A stretch of DNA of 63,981 bases, counting the filler, from Octopus bimaculoides (lineage: Eukaryota): assembly GCF_001194135.2 (NCBI RefSeq). It is 9 parts of 7 records of this genome, joined end to end, with 100 filler letters (N's around TTAATTAATTAA, not from the genome) between each part and the next. Parts side by side here need not be neighbours in the genome. Positions count along the whole stretch, not along the records: positions 10,009 to 31,062 come from NC_068981.1; 8 more parts are not named here. The stretch is one strand, 5' to 3'. How positions within the stretch are numbered: the stretch's first letter is position 1; every line of letters begins with the position of its first letter. The position numbers were made by a program, and so were the translations under genes. The notes beneath the pieces were generated by a model. The model searched no databases and was not told the origin of the DNA. It saw only the letters and a program-made list of their open reading frames with translations. This document shows, one piece after another, positions 13,726-26,984 of the stretch.

Positions 13726-14758
13726 GCAGTTCCTGCTGCTAATGAAGTACGGTTTGCATCTTTCTAGGATCTTCCACTTTATGCTCTACTCTGTGGCGCT
13801 TTCTTTCAAAGTCCAGACGTGCTTGGCTAGGGTTGTGCCGTTACGTCTCTCTGGGAAGTTAAATGAGGACATGTGGTTATTGAAGCGGGTTCTGAAGATA
13901 CCTTCCGTTGCCTCCACATACTTCTGCACGCTCGGTTGTCCATTGAGTCCTGTTGCTGTTACTTCTGCTTCGTAAACAACCGATTCCATTTGCAGTAGCC
14001 GTTTAGTAGACAAGTTTTGTTACCTCTACATGAGCATCCTGGTTCAGCCTCGGGTCTGGGTCTACCTACTAAAATCTTTTCTTACACTAGGTGCACAGCT
14101 AAAGGATAATCTCAGGGTATGTCTATTAAATATTTTGTTGAATCTGTTGGTTCGGGGGAAGTGTCTATTAACTAAACTGAGGAAGATTTTACCTACTCTG
14201 GTCTTAACGTTTAAAGAGAATGGTAGTGTGAACCACAGTGCTTTCCGGTGGAGCTTTGAACCGCTGGCAGCCAGAGCCTGGTTGCAGTGCGGGGCGACAG
14301 CATCAAAGATCTCTTTGCTTGAAGACAAGATGAAGATTCTCCTGCTGACACCCTTAACCAGGTTCCTGAACATTATGGCTGGGAGGCAGGAACCTGTGTT
14401 AATGTAAGACAACTTCTCATTTGGTTTCCTATTTGGTTGCCTATAGACACCTCATTCCAGGTCCAGAATCACATCAAGGAAATCCACCGTTTTCAGGTTG
14501 GTCTCTATAGTGACTTTCATTTCGAGGGAGTTCATGGTGCCTGTGAGCCTATCTAGCATGTGGCCGTTAGCCCCTCTTGATATTGTCAGCGCGTCGTCCC
14601 TGTAGAGGCCAAAGCTAGTTGAAGGAAATTTGTATTTTAGTATATATAGGATGAAGAGACCGACTAGGTCACATTAATCCGCACTATCAAAAGTACCCAT
14701 TGCACGTCGAAAGAGCCCTCTGGGTCAGTGCGTTTGATCCAATCAGACCCCTTCTAGC
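13726..14758 (-). mobile_element. Penelope-like element fragment (RT C-half + GIY-YIG endonuclease)
   Basis: FDV.MGTFDSAD.CDLVGLFIL, GLYRDD, VDFLDV, LWFTLPFSLNVKTRVGKIFL.LV.RHFP, SVVYEAEVT, KYVEATEGIFRTRFNNHMSSF, TTLAKHVWTLK. Confidence 0.92.
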
Positions 14759-15140
14759 AAGATCCTAGAAAGATGCAAACCATACTTCAATAGCATCAGG
14801 AAGTGCAGATTATGGCTGAGAAGAGAGTGATTTTAAAAGGTACCCAACGCCCGAATGTTTACCTGAATAGCAGAAGTGAGGCGTTTAATCCTTGCCCGCA
14901 TGAAAGGAAGTACATTCTATCGTATCTGTGCGCCCCACTATGACTGCAAACACAGGTCCCCTGCCTCGAACTTCCGCAAATGACCTTCCACCAATGCTCT
15001 TGAGCCCAGCAAAAAGAGTTTGACCAAAACACACACAAAGGCATCCATGTACACAGATGCATACACCCCTATAAAGTTATATAATCGGTTTATTACCTAA
15101 CACTCCATTGTATTCTTTACGCGAAACTGATTGGTAAGAC
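14759..15140 (+). mobile_element. Inverted copy of the Penelope 3' end (pseudo-LTR-like)
   Basis: 14759-14806 is the reverse complement of 13726-13773 (44/48); plus strand reads KILERCKPYFNSIRKCRL..EKRVIL...LNSRSEAFNPCPHERKYILS, the GIY-YIG C-terminus. Confidence 0.85.
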
Positions 15141-15279
15141 CAGCCGCGATGGGTATTTAATACTATACATTTCGGATAATATACTCACTCTACTGATAGA
15201 TATACAATTGCATCTTTTCCCTGGCTTATTGTCTCTTAGACGACTCCCGCGTGTATATATATACATAAAAGATAGGACC

Positions 15280-17098
15280 ACTGTTCGAAGAAAATGGCTC
15301 GCCGACTGAAGACCCCCCAGAGGATCAATGAAATACTGAATGTGCAATACAAGAGTGTTTTCACCACTCCATTGGTGCACTTGCAAATAGCTATGCCTGA
15401 TGAGTTCTTGAGCACCACAGCTCTACACAACGAAATGGCAATTATTGATAGAGTCAATATAGAGCTAACTGATGTGATATCGGCCATTGATGAAATGAGC
15501 TCAAACTCAGCCACGAGCCCTGATGGATTTCCAGTAATTCTACTAAAGAAATACAAAGGGGCTCTAGCAAGACCACTTCAGATTCTCTTCCAGAGTTTCC
15601 TCACGACTGAGAAACTTCCCAAAACGTTAAAGGATGGCATAATATGTCCTATCCATAAGGGAGATAGCAAAGCAGATGCTAAAACTTATAGCCCTGTTTC
15701 TCTAACCACCTACGTCAGAAAAGTCATGGAACGCATTGTCATGAAGAAACTAATTGCGTTCCTTGAAGATAATGACATGCTTCTTGACACCCAGCATGGC
15801 TTTCGCTCAAGAAGAAGCTGCCTTACATAGCTTTTGCAGCATTATGACTGGGTTTTGAAACAATTAATGAATCACTCAAACGTGAATGTGATATATCTCG
15901 ACTTTGCAAAGGCCTTTGATAAGGTTGATTATGGGATGATATGTTACAAGTACGGAAACCTGGCATAGCCGGGAAACTCGGAGACTGGTTGCATAACTTC
16001 TTAAAAGATAGAAGCCAGGCTGTAGTAGCCAACGGAGCCCTCTCAAAGGAGACAGTAATAGAGAGTGGAATACTTCATGGAACTGTATTGGAGCCGCTGC
16101 TATTCATAGTGGCTCTTTCAGACATGCCATCAGTTATGCAGACAGCCACACTTACTAGTTATGCCGACGATACAAAGGTAGTACAATCAGTCAAAGAACC
16201 TTCTGATACTAATCTTCTACAGAAAGACCTAGATGCCATATATAAATGGGCTGAAGACAACAACATGCAATTTAATGCAGCCAAATACCAAGCGCTCCGC
16301 TACCAGCTAATTGGTGCTCAGAAGTCGCAACAACAATACTATGGACCAAAAGGATCGGCAATCCCAGAATCACATATGGTGAGTGATCTCGGGATTGATA
16401 TGAGCAATGATGTCTCGTTTCCCACGCATATCGCCAAGATAGTGGCAGTGTGCAGGCGAATAATCGGATGGATTCTGAGAACCTTCAGAGCGAGGGATCA
16501 GGAAGCTATGCTGGTCCCATGGAGACATTTGTCTTCAGCCGTCGGGACTACTGCTCTTAACCGTGGTCACCCTATAGTGTGAGACTAATAGCGGAACTTG
16601 AGGCGGTTCGGCGATGTTATACAAGAAAGATTGCATCAATGGAACAGCTGAACTACTGGGAGAGACTGAAAGAGCCACGACTCTACTCCCTGGACCTAAG
16701 ACGGGAGGAGTATGCAGTGATATATGTGTAGAAGTTACTGGAGGGACTGGAATCGAAAGGTATACCAGACCCTGAATTGGACGTCACTATACTGTTTCAA
16801 AGGTCTCAGCTGTCTCATCTAGAGTGAGGACCATGTACTGAAATAGCTTGGGATTCAAGGGCCCACAGCTATCAAACGCCTTGCCAAAACATCTAAGGGG
16901 TCTCCATGGAGTTGGAGTAGATGTTTTCAAGAAAGAATTTGACCTCTTGCTATCCAAGGTCCCAGATGAACCAAATATCAAGGTATAAACTCAAAAGAGG
17001 GCAGCAGTGTCGAACTCCTTCCTTCATCAAAAGCCAATCACATAAGATTGGTTGTTTAAAAGGTGATAACACTGGCGGTGCCCCAGAATGGCCACACA
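15280..17098 (+). mobile_element. 5'-truncated CR1-like LINE (RT pseudogene and 3' end)
   Basis: SPDGFP, ICPIHKG, PVSLT, QHGFRSRRSCLT, VIYLDFAKAFDKV, GTVLEPLLF, YADDTK, MQFNAAK; internal stops and frameshifts. Confidence 0.95.
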
Positions 17099-17195
17099 TA
17101 CATACATACATCTGTGTATATATATATATATATATATACATATATACATAGCGTCCATACATACACACATGCGTATGTATATGTGGACATGTGTG

Positions 17196-17237
<42 letters not shown>

Positions 17238-17784
17238 CATAGCGTCCATACAGACACACACACATATACATACATACCCACACACAAGCATGCACATGCA
17301 CACATACGTACATATACACACGCATACATTTTGAGGCTTGTTAACTTTGATGCCATTACATGTGAATTTTGCATCATTCTCATTTTCTTGACGCATTGAA
17401 GCATTACGTCGAAAGATTTCCGCAGTTTTGAAATTTTTTTATATGTACGAGAGTTTATCACTTTTCGTTGTTCCAACTGGAAAGCATAGGCAATATCTCA
17501 CAATCCTTAATTCGTATTGTTTTGACTTATTATTCTAAAATATGTAAAGAAGGCTTGGCTTAAATAAGGCGATCTTTGTAACGTATGCACAATCTCGTTG
17601 TCTTTTCCTGTGGTAGTTAATATCATTCTTTTTGTTTAAGCCAGATTTAGAGATGCATGTGATTTCGACTTTAGCATTGTCCCTTTTATCTATTTATTTA
17701 TCTATTTATTTATCTATTTATCTATTTATTTATTTATCTGTTTATTTATTCATTTATTTATTCATTTATTCATTCATTTATCTT

Positions 17785-17960
17785 TTACTTGTTTCAGTCG
17801 CTAGACAGCAGTTGTGTTGGGGGCAACACTTTGAAGAGTATTGTCAAACAAATCGACCGCAGTACTTGTTTTTCTTTTGAAGTCTAGTACTTATTCTAGT
17901 AGTCTCTTGCTAGGTTACGAGGAAGTAAACAAACTGACGCAGGTTGTCAAGAAGTAGAAA
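17785..17960 (-). mobile_element. SINE family B 3' half
   Basis: ttacttgtttcagtc...ggggca...tcgacc...gtaaacaaac...gttgtcaag pattern, recurrent in the window. Confidence 0.75.
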
Positions 17961-17963
17961 CAC

Positions 17964-18035
<72 letters not shown>

Positions 18036-18265
18036 AACAAACACACACAAACAAACACACATATACAAACACACAGATACAACGGGTTTCTTTTAGTTTC
18101 CGTTTACCAGATGCACTTACAAAGCTTTGATCGGTCCTAGGCTATAGCAGAAGATACTCGCACAATAAGATTAAACCAAAAATTATGTGGTTTGGAAGCT
18201 AACTTCTCAACCCATCACCACGCCTAAGAATAAAAAAAACAAACAAACGAGCTATTAGGAGTGTA

Positions 18266-18831
18266 GGATCTTTTTTAAAACGGGGGCCACATTTTTCATT
18301 AACGAAACACTTTGAAACTTGGATCACTGGTAGAATGTGTCATATAAAACATCTTTTTCTCTTAGTCTTCTTAAAAAAAAAAGAAATCCATAAATTATTC
18401 CATGTTAAAGTTGTCGTATTTCTGTAATTTCAACCAATCACTGACGTCCATTCAGCCGATATACATTAAGTGCCGACTACATAAACAAACGATTCTGAAA
18501 CAATTAACCCTAACCCTAGCCCTAACCCTAGGGTTAGAGTTAGGGTTAGGGTTAGGGTTAAAGCAAATTTAAAATGAAAAAAGCAAATAAAACGAAGAAT
18601 CGTATGTTTATGTAGTCGGCACTTAATGTATATCGGCTGAATGGACGTCAGTGATTGGTTGAAATTATCGAAATAAGACAATTTTTTACATGAAATAAAT
18701 TCGAATACAAAAATATTTTTCTGTTCTATAACACAAAATAGATAAGTATACGAAGTTTGAAAGTCTTTCGGTACCAAAAGCACTACGTAAAACATTAATG
18801 AAAAATGTGGCCCCCGTTTTAAAAAAGATCC
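18266..18831. mobile_element. Fold-back non-autonomous DNA transposon with central inverted telomeric repeats
   Basis: 37-bp TIR ggatcttttttaaaacgggggccacatttttcattaa; exact 8-bp TSD ggagtgta (18258-18265, 18832-18839); inner 70-bp inverted repeat (69/70). Confidence 0.92.
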
Positions 18832-19837
18832 GGAGTGTATTGTATCGTTTGTGACAATGAGTGTAGAAACATTTTTGAATAGTAAATGAATCAAGATGAT
18901 TGAGACAAGAAATGGCAATTAATAGGGTTAATAGGTTTCTTTTTTCCCAATCTTTGATACCTTGCAAAGATTCTTTCCTATCCTATAATGATAAATATTC
19001 CAGGGGTTTCGTTCGAAAGTAGCCTATTCAAATTTTTTGTTAGAAGATATATTTGCAGCTTTGTCAGACTGCTTTGGCACCGTTCATCAATTTTAACTTG
19101 CTATTGTGAAAAGAAAACCTATTGATTTATCTATTGGTCTGTGAATCACATTCTTTTCTAGTGAAACTTGGGTAAATTTATAAAATTTTAAGCAAAATTT
19201 CTACTCTGAAGATTATTTCAACTGCATATCTTCACAGAGAAAAAAAACATGTAACTTCACCAAAACAGATATCTCGTTTGGGATTGCAACTAAACCATAA
19301 TGAAGAAATTATTTAATAAAGGTGATATTGCAAATTCGAATATGTGCAAGCTTTTCAAAGTTGCTAAAGCTTTTCCTTTTCTTTTTCTTTTCCTTTTCCT
19401 TTTCGCACAAATGTTGTTAGAATGTGCTTTGAAGCACTATGTAAGAAAGAATTCCTTTAATATTCATCATTTATTAATATCTAACAAAGAAATCTGAATT
19501 CTTCTTCAAATGTATATATATATATATNNNNNNNNNNNNNNNNNNNNNNNNNNNNNNNNNNNNNNNNNNNNNNNNNNNNNNNNNNNNNNNNNNNNNNNNN
19601 NNNNNNNNNNNNNNNNNNNNNNNNNNNNNNNNNNNNNNNNNNNNNNNNNNNNNNNNNNNNNNNNNNNNNNNNNNNNNNNNNNNNNNNNNNNNNNNNNNNN
19701 NNNNNNNNNNNNNNNNNNNNNNNNNNNNNNNNNNNNNNNNNNNNNNNNNNNNNNNNNNNNNNNNNNNNNNNNNNNNNNNNNNNNNNNNNNNNNNNNNNNN
19801 NNNNNNNNNNNNNNNNNNNNNNNNNNNNNNNNNNNNN

Positions 19838-19899
<62 letters not shown>

Positions 19900-21129
19900 C
19901 GCGTGTTTTGAGAGATACAGTCATACTTTTATTTGTTTTAGTTCACAATAAGTTTCTAGATTATGAAATTCTACCAAGTGACATAGTTACCCACAATGTG
20001 TTGGGATGAAGGTTTAGTTCCTAAATTGTATATAATGCAAATGCAGCATCAAATACGAATGAATGGCTGTGATGCAAATTATCACACAACTGACATTTTA
20101 TGGGAACGTTTACAATCTTTGTCACAGAAAGATACCAGGAAAAGTTCTGCGTTTCTGTCCAGTGCTGTGGAACTTTTACTTGTGATCTACACTGTACCCT
20201 TATTGAAGAGCATTTAATTTAATTAAGATTAACAAAACCCCAAGCAGGTCATTGCTTAATGAAGATGGCGCCTTGTCTTCTCCTATTACATCAAAGCTGA
20301 AAGACAGAGTCAAGCGTGTGTGTGTGTGGGTGGAGAGGTTGGTTGTGTGTGTGTTTTGTCCAGGAGCATGTTGTGCGTGCAAAAAAGGCAACCATAGAGA
20401 AGTTAGATTATTTAATTTACTGTATTATAATACTAGATATATATAAATGTTAAGTGCCGTTAAAAATGTAAGTAAATGAATAGAATTGGTCTCACCCCTT
20501 ATATGTGTGATCAGAGTTTGTATGACAACAATTGGTGCGAGCAAATTTATGCGCGCACCTGAATTAATATGCCACATGCCATTTTTATTCATGTTTAATA
20601 TGCAATTGTATTTAAAATACTTCTCTAATTCTTTATAAAGAAATCTCAGAAAATATATTGCGTATATAAAACAGACTGTATAGTGGTGCTAAAATAATTG
20701 CAGTTTTTTTTGTTTTGTTTTCATTTGACCAAATCCACAATCACTTTGGCACCATACTGGTTCTCTTATATAATGCAGGTCCCAAGCATAAAAGTTTAAA
20801 AATTTAGTGGGGAAAACGTGTATTATATACAAATAAATTTTATAGACATTTATGCTCATTTCAATGGTTATTTCTCCGACATTTCTATTTCCCAGCATTT
20901 CTGCAAAGTTTTCCCGTCATTGTCCATTCAAACTAGTTGACATTTCTGCAAATGGATACATATAGACATACGTCCTCAAACACATGCACGCACATACACG
21001 CACATACACGCACATACACGCACATACATACATACATACATACATACATACATACATACATACATACATACATACATACAAGTATGCATACTAGGGAGAC
21101 AGTCTTTCTGTACTTCTTTTCATTTTGGC

Positions 21130-22880
21130 ACTGAATCCATTATCGTTCCAACCGCAGAAAACAAATGGTTACATGCTAGAATCTTCAACTGCGAGAAATA
21201 TCAATGTAACTCATAATTTCTTTGTAGACGACCTCAAGATTTATGGTAAAGGTGTTAACAATGCCACAAAACAACTGGAATTAATAACATTTTCAGCTGA
21301 TATAGGCATGGAATTTGGCCAAAATAAATGTTCATATTTGGTTATATAACGAGGAAAGTCATTCCCCCAAACCCAAAACCTGTGCATCAACGGCCTCTCT
21401 ATCTCCCCCATTCCACACAAAGAATGTTACAAGTACCTAGGCATAGATGAAAATGTTTCATATGAAGGTACTGTGAATAAAGCTAAAGTGTCCCGAGAAT
21501 ATAACACCAGATTTAGGAAAATATGGCAGTCGGAACTCTCCTCTTACAACAAAACAATATCCCACAATGCATTTGCAGTACCAGTGTTGATCCCAACATT
21601 TGGGACACTTGTTTGGTCTGTAGAGGGAATCCACTCCAAAGATATCAAATCCCTTAAAATCCTGACAATAACTGGGAACTTCCACAGAAACAGTGATGTT
21701 GATAGGCTCTACGTAAGAAGAAATGAAAGTGGTAGAGACCTGAGATCAGTGCAGACGGCCTTCGAATGTCGTATGGTATCACTCAGGCAGCAAAAATAAA
21801 TATATAAATGCAGTGCTGAAAAGTGAAGTGAGCAACACTGTATGAGTTGGCAGTGAGCTCCTCCAGAGGCACTCACATCCTGATGATCTCCTATACATCT
21901 CCAAAACAGCTGGGCTCTCTTATCTCAGAAAAGACCTGGATGGAAAGCACTCAACATACAAAAAACAAAAAACAAAAAAAAAGACTATGCATGAGTATGT
22001 TGCCTGGAAGTTAGAAGAAAACAGTAGAATTAATACGAAGCGCAGCCTCTCTTGGACACAAGACCACTACCTCACATCACACTTTTAAGGCTATACGTTT
22101 GCAATCCAGGAACAGGAGATTACCATAAAGTACCCGGTAAATAAGAGAGACAGTGACGCTCTGGTAATCCCAAGGTGCAACCGCATGTGTAGGCTATGTC
22201 ATGTTTCTGTGGAAGACATCACGCATGTGATTAGCAGCTGTCCTAAAATGTCGTCACGGTACTACCTCCCTATGCGGTATGATGTTGTTGCTAAAACAAT
22301 TTACAATGCCATCAACAAAAAAGCCTGTCCTTAAATAAACTTAGAAAATTCCTCTGTTAAGGAATAAATTCATTAACACCAACTCAAGGAATACTGGTGG
22401 AATATACCCATCAAACTTCTGTCAAATGTAAACATAACAGGTTGGATATTGTTGTTTGGAACAGAGGGGCAAAGGTATGTACCGTCATAGAGGTGAGCTG
22501 CTCTGCAGATATAAATATCTCTGAAAATCAAAGAAACAGAGGATATCTATGGACAACTGCTGCGAAGCCTCCAGATTCTGTATCCGGACTATGAATTCGT
22601 ATTCATACCAATAATAATTGGAGCGCTAGTTTTTGTTAGTAAATGCTTAAAGGAGAATCTGGATAAACTGTGATTTTCAGAAAGAGAAACCGACCGGCTA
22701 ATTCGTACATAACAAGCGCAATCTGTGAGTGGAACAGTAAAAATATGCAAGACTTTTCTCAAGCTTCAAATTTGAATTTGTCAGTGTTAACTACATCCCA
22801 GACATGGAACCTTGTATCTTTGTTGGAAACCGGCTCTCTCCTCTGTGGAAGATTTATGATAATTAAAAAAATAGAAGACA
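21130..22880 (+). mobile_element. 5'-truncated R4/Dong-like RLE LINE
   Basis: HNFFVDDLKIY, DIGMEFGQNKC, YKYLGIDE, EYNTRFRKIWQSELS, AVPVLIPTFG, FHRNSDVDRLYV.R.E.GR.L, CRLC...ITHVISSC, NRLDIVVW, VIEVSC, FIPIIIGAL. Confidence 0.92.
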
Positions 22881-22966
22881 TACATACATACATACATACA
22901 TACATACATACATACATACATACATACATCCATGCATACATATATATTTGTGTGTGTGTGTATAAT

Positions 22967-23020
<54 letters not shown>

Positions 23021-23453
23021 TATCTGAGATAATGCTCAGAAATATGAATTTAATATTTAATCAGTGTTTTGTAATGAAGATTACTTTGCACTCCTCAGTA
23101 GAGATAAACCGACAATATATAAGCGAAAATTACATATACATACCGATAAATTTTTGCGTACAGATACCAATATATACATGCATTTCCCGCATACACAGAG
23201 TACGCAATCTTAAGATATAGGTTTATCCGAAATATGCAAATCTTCTTGCTCATTTCCTGGCATTCGGCCTTGGGTTATAACTAGAGAACAAATATAGTGT
23301 GAATTGTAGGTATTTGACATCTACTTTTAGCGTATAAATGTTGACATTCCTGTGCCCTTAATTATAATTATATTTTTATAATTATATACTTAAAAATATA
23401 TACATACATATATTTATATATATGCGTGTATATGTATATATATATAATATATA

Positions 23454-24812
<1,359 letters not shown>

Positions 24813-25839
24813 CACTCGATAAGATATTAATAATCCAGCGAAGTGAACCCAAGATTTACCCATTAGATGAAATACTGTGGAATTGTTTACCTACGTGTTC
24901 CATACAACTTGATGCGGTTAGTCATAACCTGTATTATAACTGAATGCTCGTACGGTATCCGCCTGGATACTATATCCATATCTATTCTCTCTCTCTCTCT
25001 CTCTCTTTCTCTTTGTGTAAATCAAAAGGTTCGTGAGAACTTCGATCGGCGTGACTTGTGACCTTTTGATCAAAGTTTGTATTAAAGTTCGGCACATGGA
25101 ACGTTAAAGTACATAAAAGATCAGAATTAATCAGTGGCAAGCGATGGAACTCGCAACTATCTGCGTCGACAAAGACGAATTCTTCCTTAACTTTTTGTAT
25201 GTAGGAGATTGTTTGTTTTTCCCGGAAAATTTGTAACTTAAAAGTCAGTACCTATTGTACAATATAGTACTTTCCAGTTGAATAAAGTCTAACCGGTAAA
25301 ATAATACCAGCTTGACCAGATATTTTACTTTTTTAAATGATCTACAGCTTTACTTTATTCTCTGATTATGGTGAATCACTCCACTGCCACTCCTACGTTC
25401 ACAGATAGGATTTCTCTCTCGAATTGCAAAATGCTAAAAGCGAGACACGAATCTAATTAAACCAGTTATAAAAAGGACCGCCGACAAGCTAATTATCGTC
25501 TTTGTTTTTGTTAATATATTCTTATTATAACTGAGTTTACGTTTGAACCTGAAACCGAAGCCATGCAGTCATTCCTTTCTCTAACTATTACATCCTCCTT
25601 ATGTAAGTCATATTCCAATCCATCTCATACGTAAATCATCCATCAGAAATAACTCACTCTCTTACAGTAGTCATAACACTGGCGGAATGAAACAGAATAT
25701 GTAAGTTAACACTTGTCCAACACCACTTCCAGTGACGTGAGTGACAAAAAATTGTCCGAGTCGGAAACCCTGAGGACTACATTCTGAGTTTGCTAGATGA
25801 GTGCTGCACACCACCAAATAATTTCTTATCTTTTATTTT

Positions 25840-26035
25840 TTTTTTACTTGTTTCAATCTTTGGACTGCGGCCATGTTGGGACACCACCTTGAGTAGTTTA
25901 GTCGTACAAATCGACCCCAGTACGCGTACTTATTTTTAAGTCAGGCACTTAATCCATCAGTTTCTTTTTTTGCCGAACCACTAAGTTACGGGGGCGTAAA
26001 CAAACCAACATAGGCTGTGAAGCAGTGTGGGTACA
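25840..26035 (-). mobile_element. SINE family B 3' half
   Basis: gactgcggccatg...gtcgaccccagta...gccgaacc.ctaagttacgggg.cgtaaac. Confidence 0.85.
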
Positions 26036-26290
26036 CAAACACAATGACACCCCCCAACACACTCATATATATATATATACAAAATATGGGGTTTTAGTTC
26101 ATAGGTGATCTAAACGATTAGGACGCTAGGTAATTACTGTAACGGATTACTAGGCCTCCAAGAGACGGTAGCTATGGAGCCATTGCAGATTTCCGATATA
26201 GCGGATATATAATTGTTGAGGACAACAAACGTTAAGGCAAGGCAAGCATCTCAAGTTATATACATGATTGTTATTAGAAAAAAATTCAAA

Positions 26291-26346
26291 GTCTTACAGC
26301 TGTTTCTGGGATATCCCAGAGTATGGGATATTCCGTCGTCGGAGAC
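26291..26346 (-). ncRNA. Degenerate minimal type I hammerhead ribozyme motif (PLE type)
   Basis: Minus strand: GTCT-CCGACGA-long stem II-GAAAC-AGCT-GTA-AGAC; core U4 changed to C. Confidence 0.7.
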
Positions 26347-26809
26347 AAATAGCGAAAATGAGAAGGGTATACATTAATGAAATGACGACATAGATGGCAG
26401 GAGTAAAAGAATATGCTTCTTTTTTGTTCTCTTTCTTCATCTCTTTATTCCTTTACTCCTGTCCTCTATGTCGTCATTTCATTAATCTATACCNNNNNNN
26501 NNNNNNNNNNNNNNNNNNNNNNNNNNNNNNNNNNNNNNNNNNNNNNNNNNNNNNNNNNNNNNNNNNNNNNNNNNNNNNNNNNNNNNNNNNNNNNNNNNNN
26601 NNNNNNNNNNNNNNNNNNNNNNNNNNNNNNNNNNNNNNNNNNNNNNNNNNNNNNNNNNNNNNNNNNNNNNNNNNNNNNNNNNNNNNNNNNNNNNNNNNNN
26701 NNNNNNNNNNNNNNNNNNNNNNNNNNNNNNNNNNNNNNNNNNNNNNNNNNNNNNNNNNNNNNNNNNNNNNNNNNNNNNNNTGTGTGTGTGTGTACATATA
26801 CATATGCAT

Positions 26810-26852
<43 letters not shown>

Positions 26853-26928
26853 AAAAATTAAAAAGGGTGGCTTATTGGCAATTAGAACCTAAAGGCAGGG
26901 GTAGTCGAGCTTAACCCTAGGCGTTAGC

Positions 26929-26984
26929 AGCTGCTGATGAGGATTAAGATGGTCTACATCAAAATCCGAAATCACGATCCGGCT
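26929..26984 (+). ncRNA. Minimal type I hammerhead ribozyme, intact core
   Basis: AGCTG-CTGATGA-GGATT..AATCC-GAAA-TCacGA-TC-CGGCT; all three helices can be drawn. Confidence 0.8.

Noticed and set aside
15123-15140. GAAAC...GTAAGAC as a hammerhead at the end of the inverted Penelope tail
   Set aside because: No upstream CUGANGA or helix I partner visible.
18505-18560. Ancient telomere-telomere fusion site
   Set aside because: Polarity is opposite to a fusion, and it lies within a TIR/TSD-bounded element.
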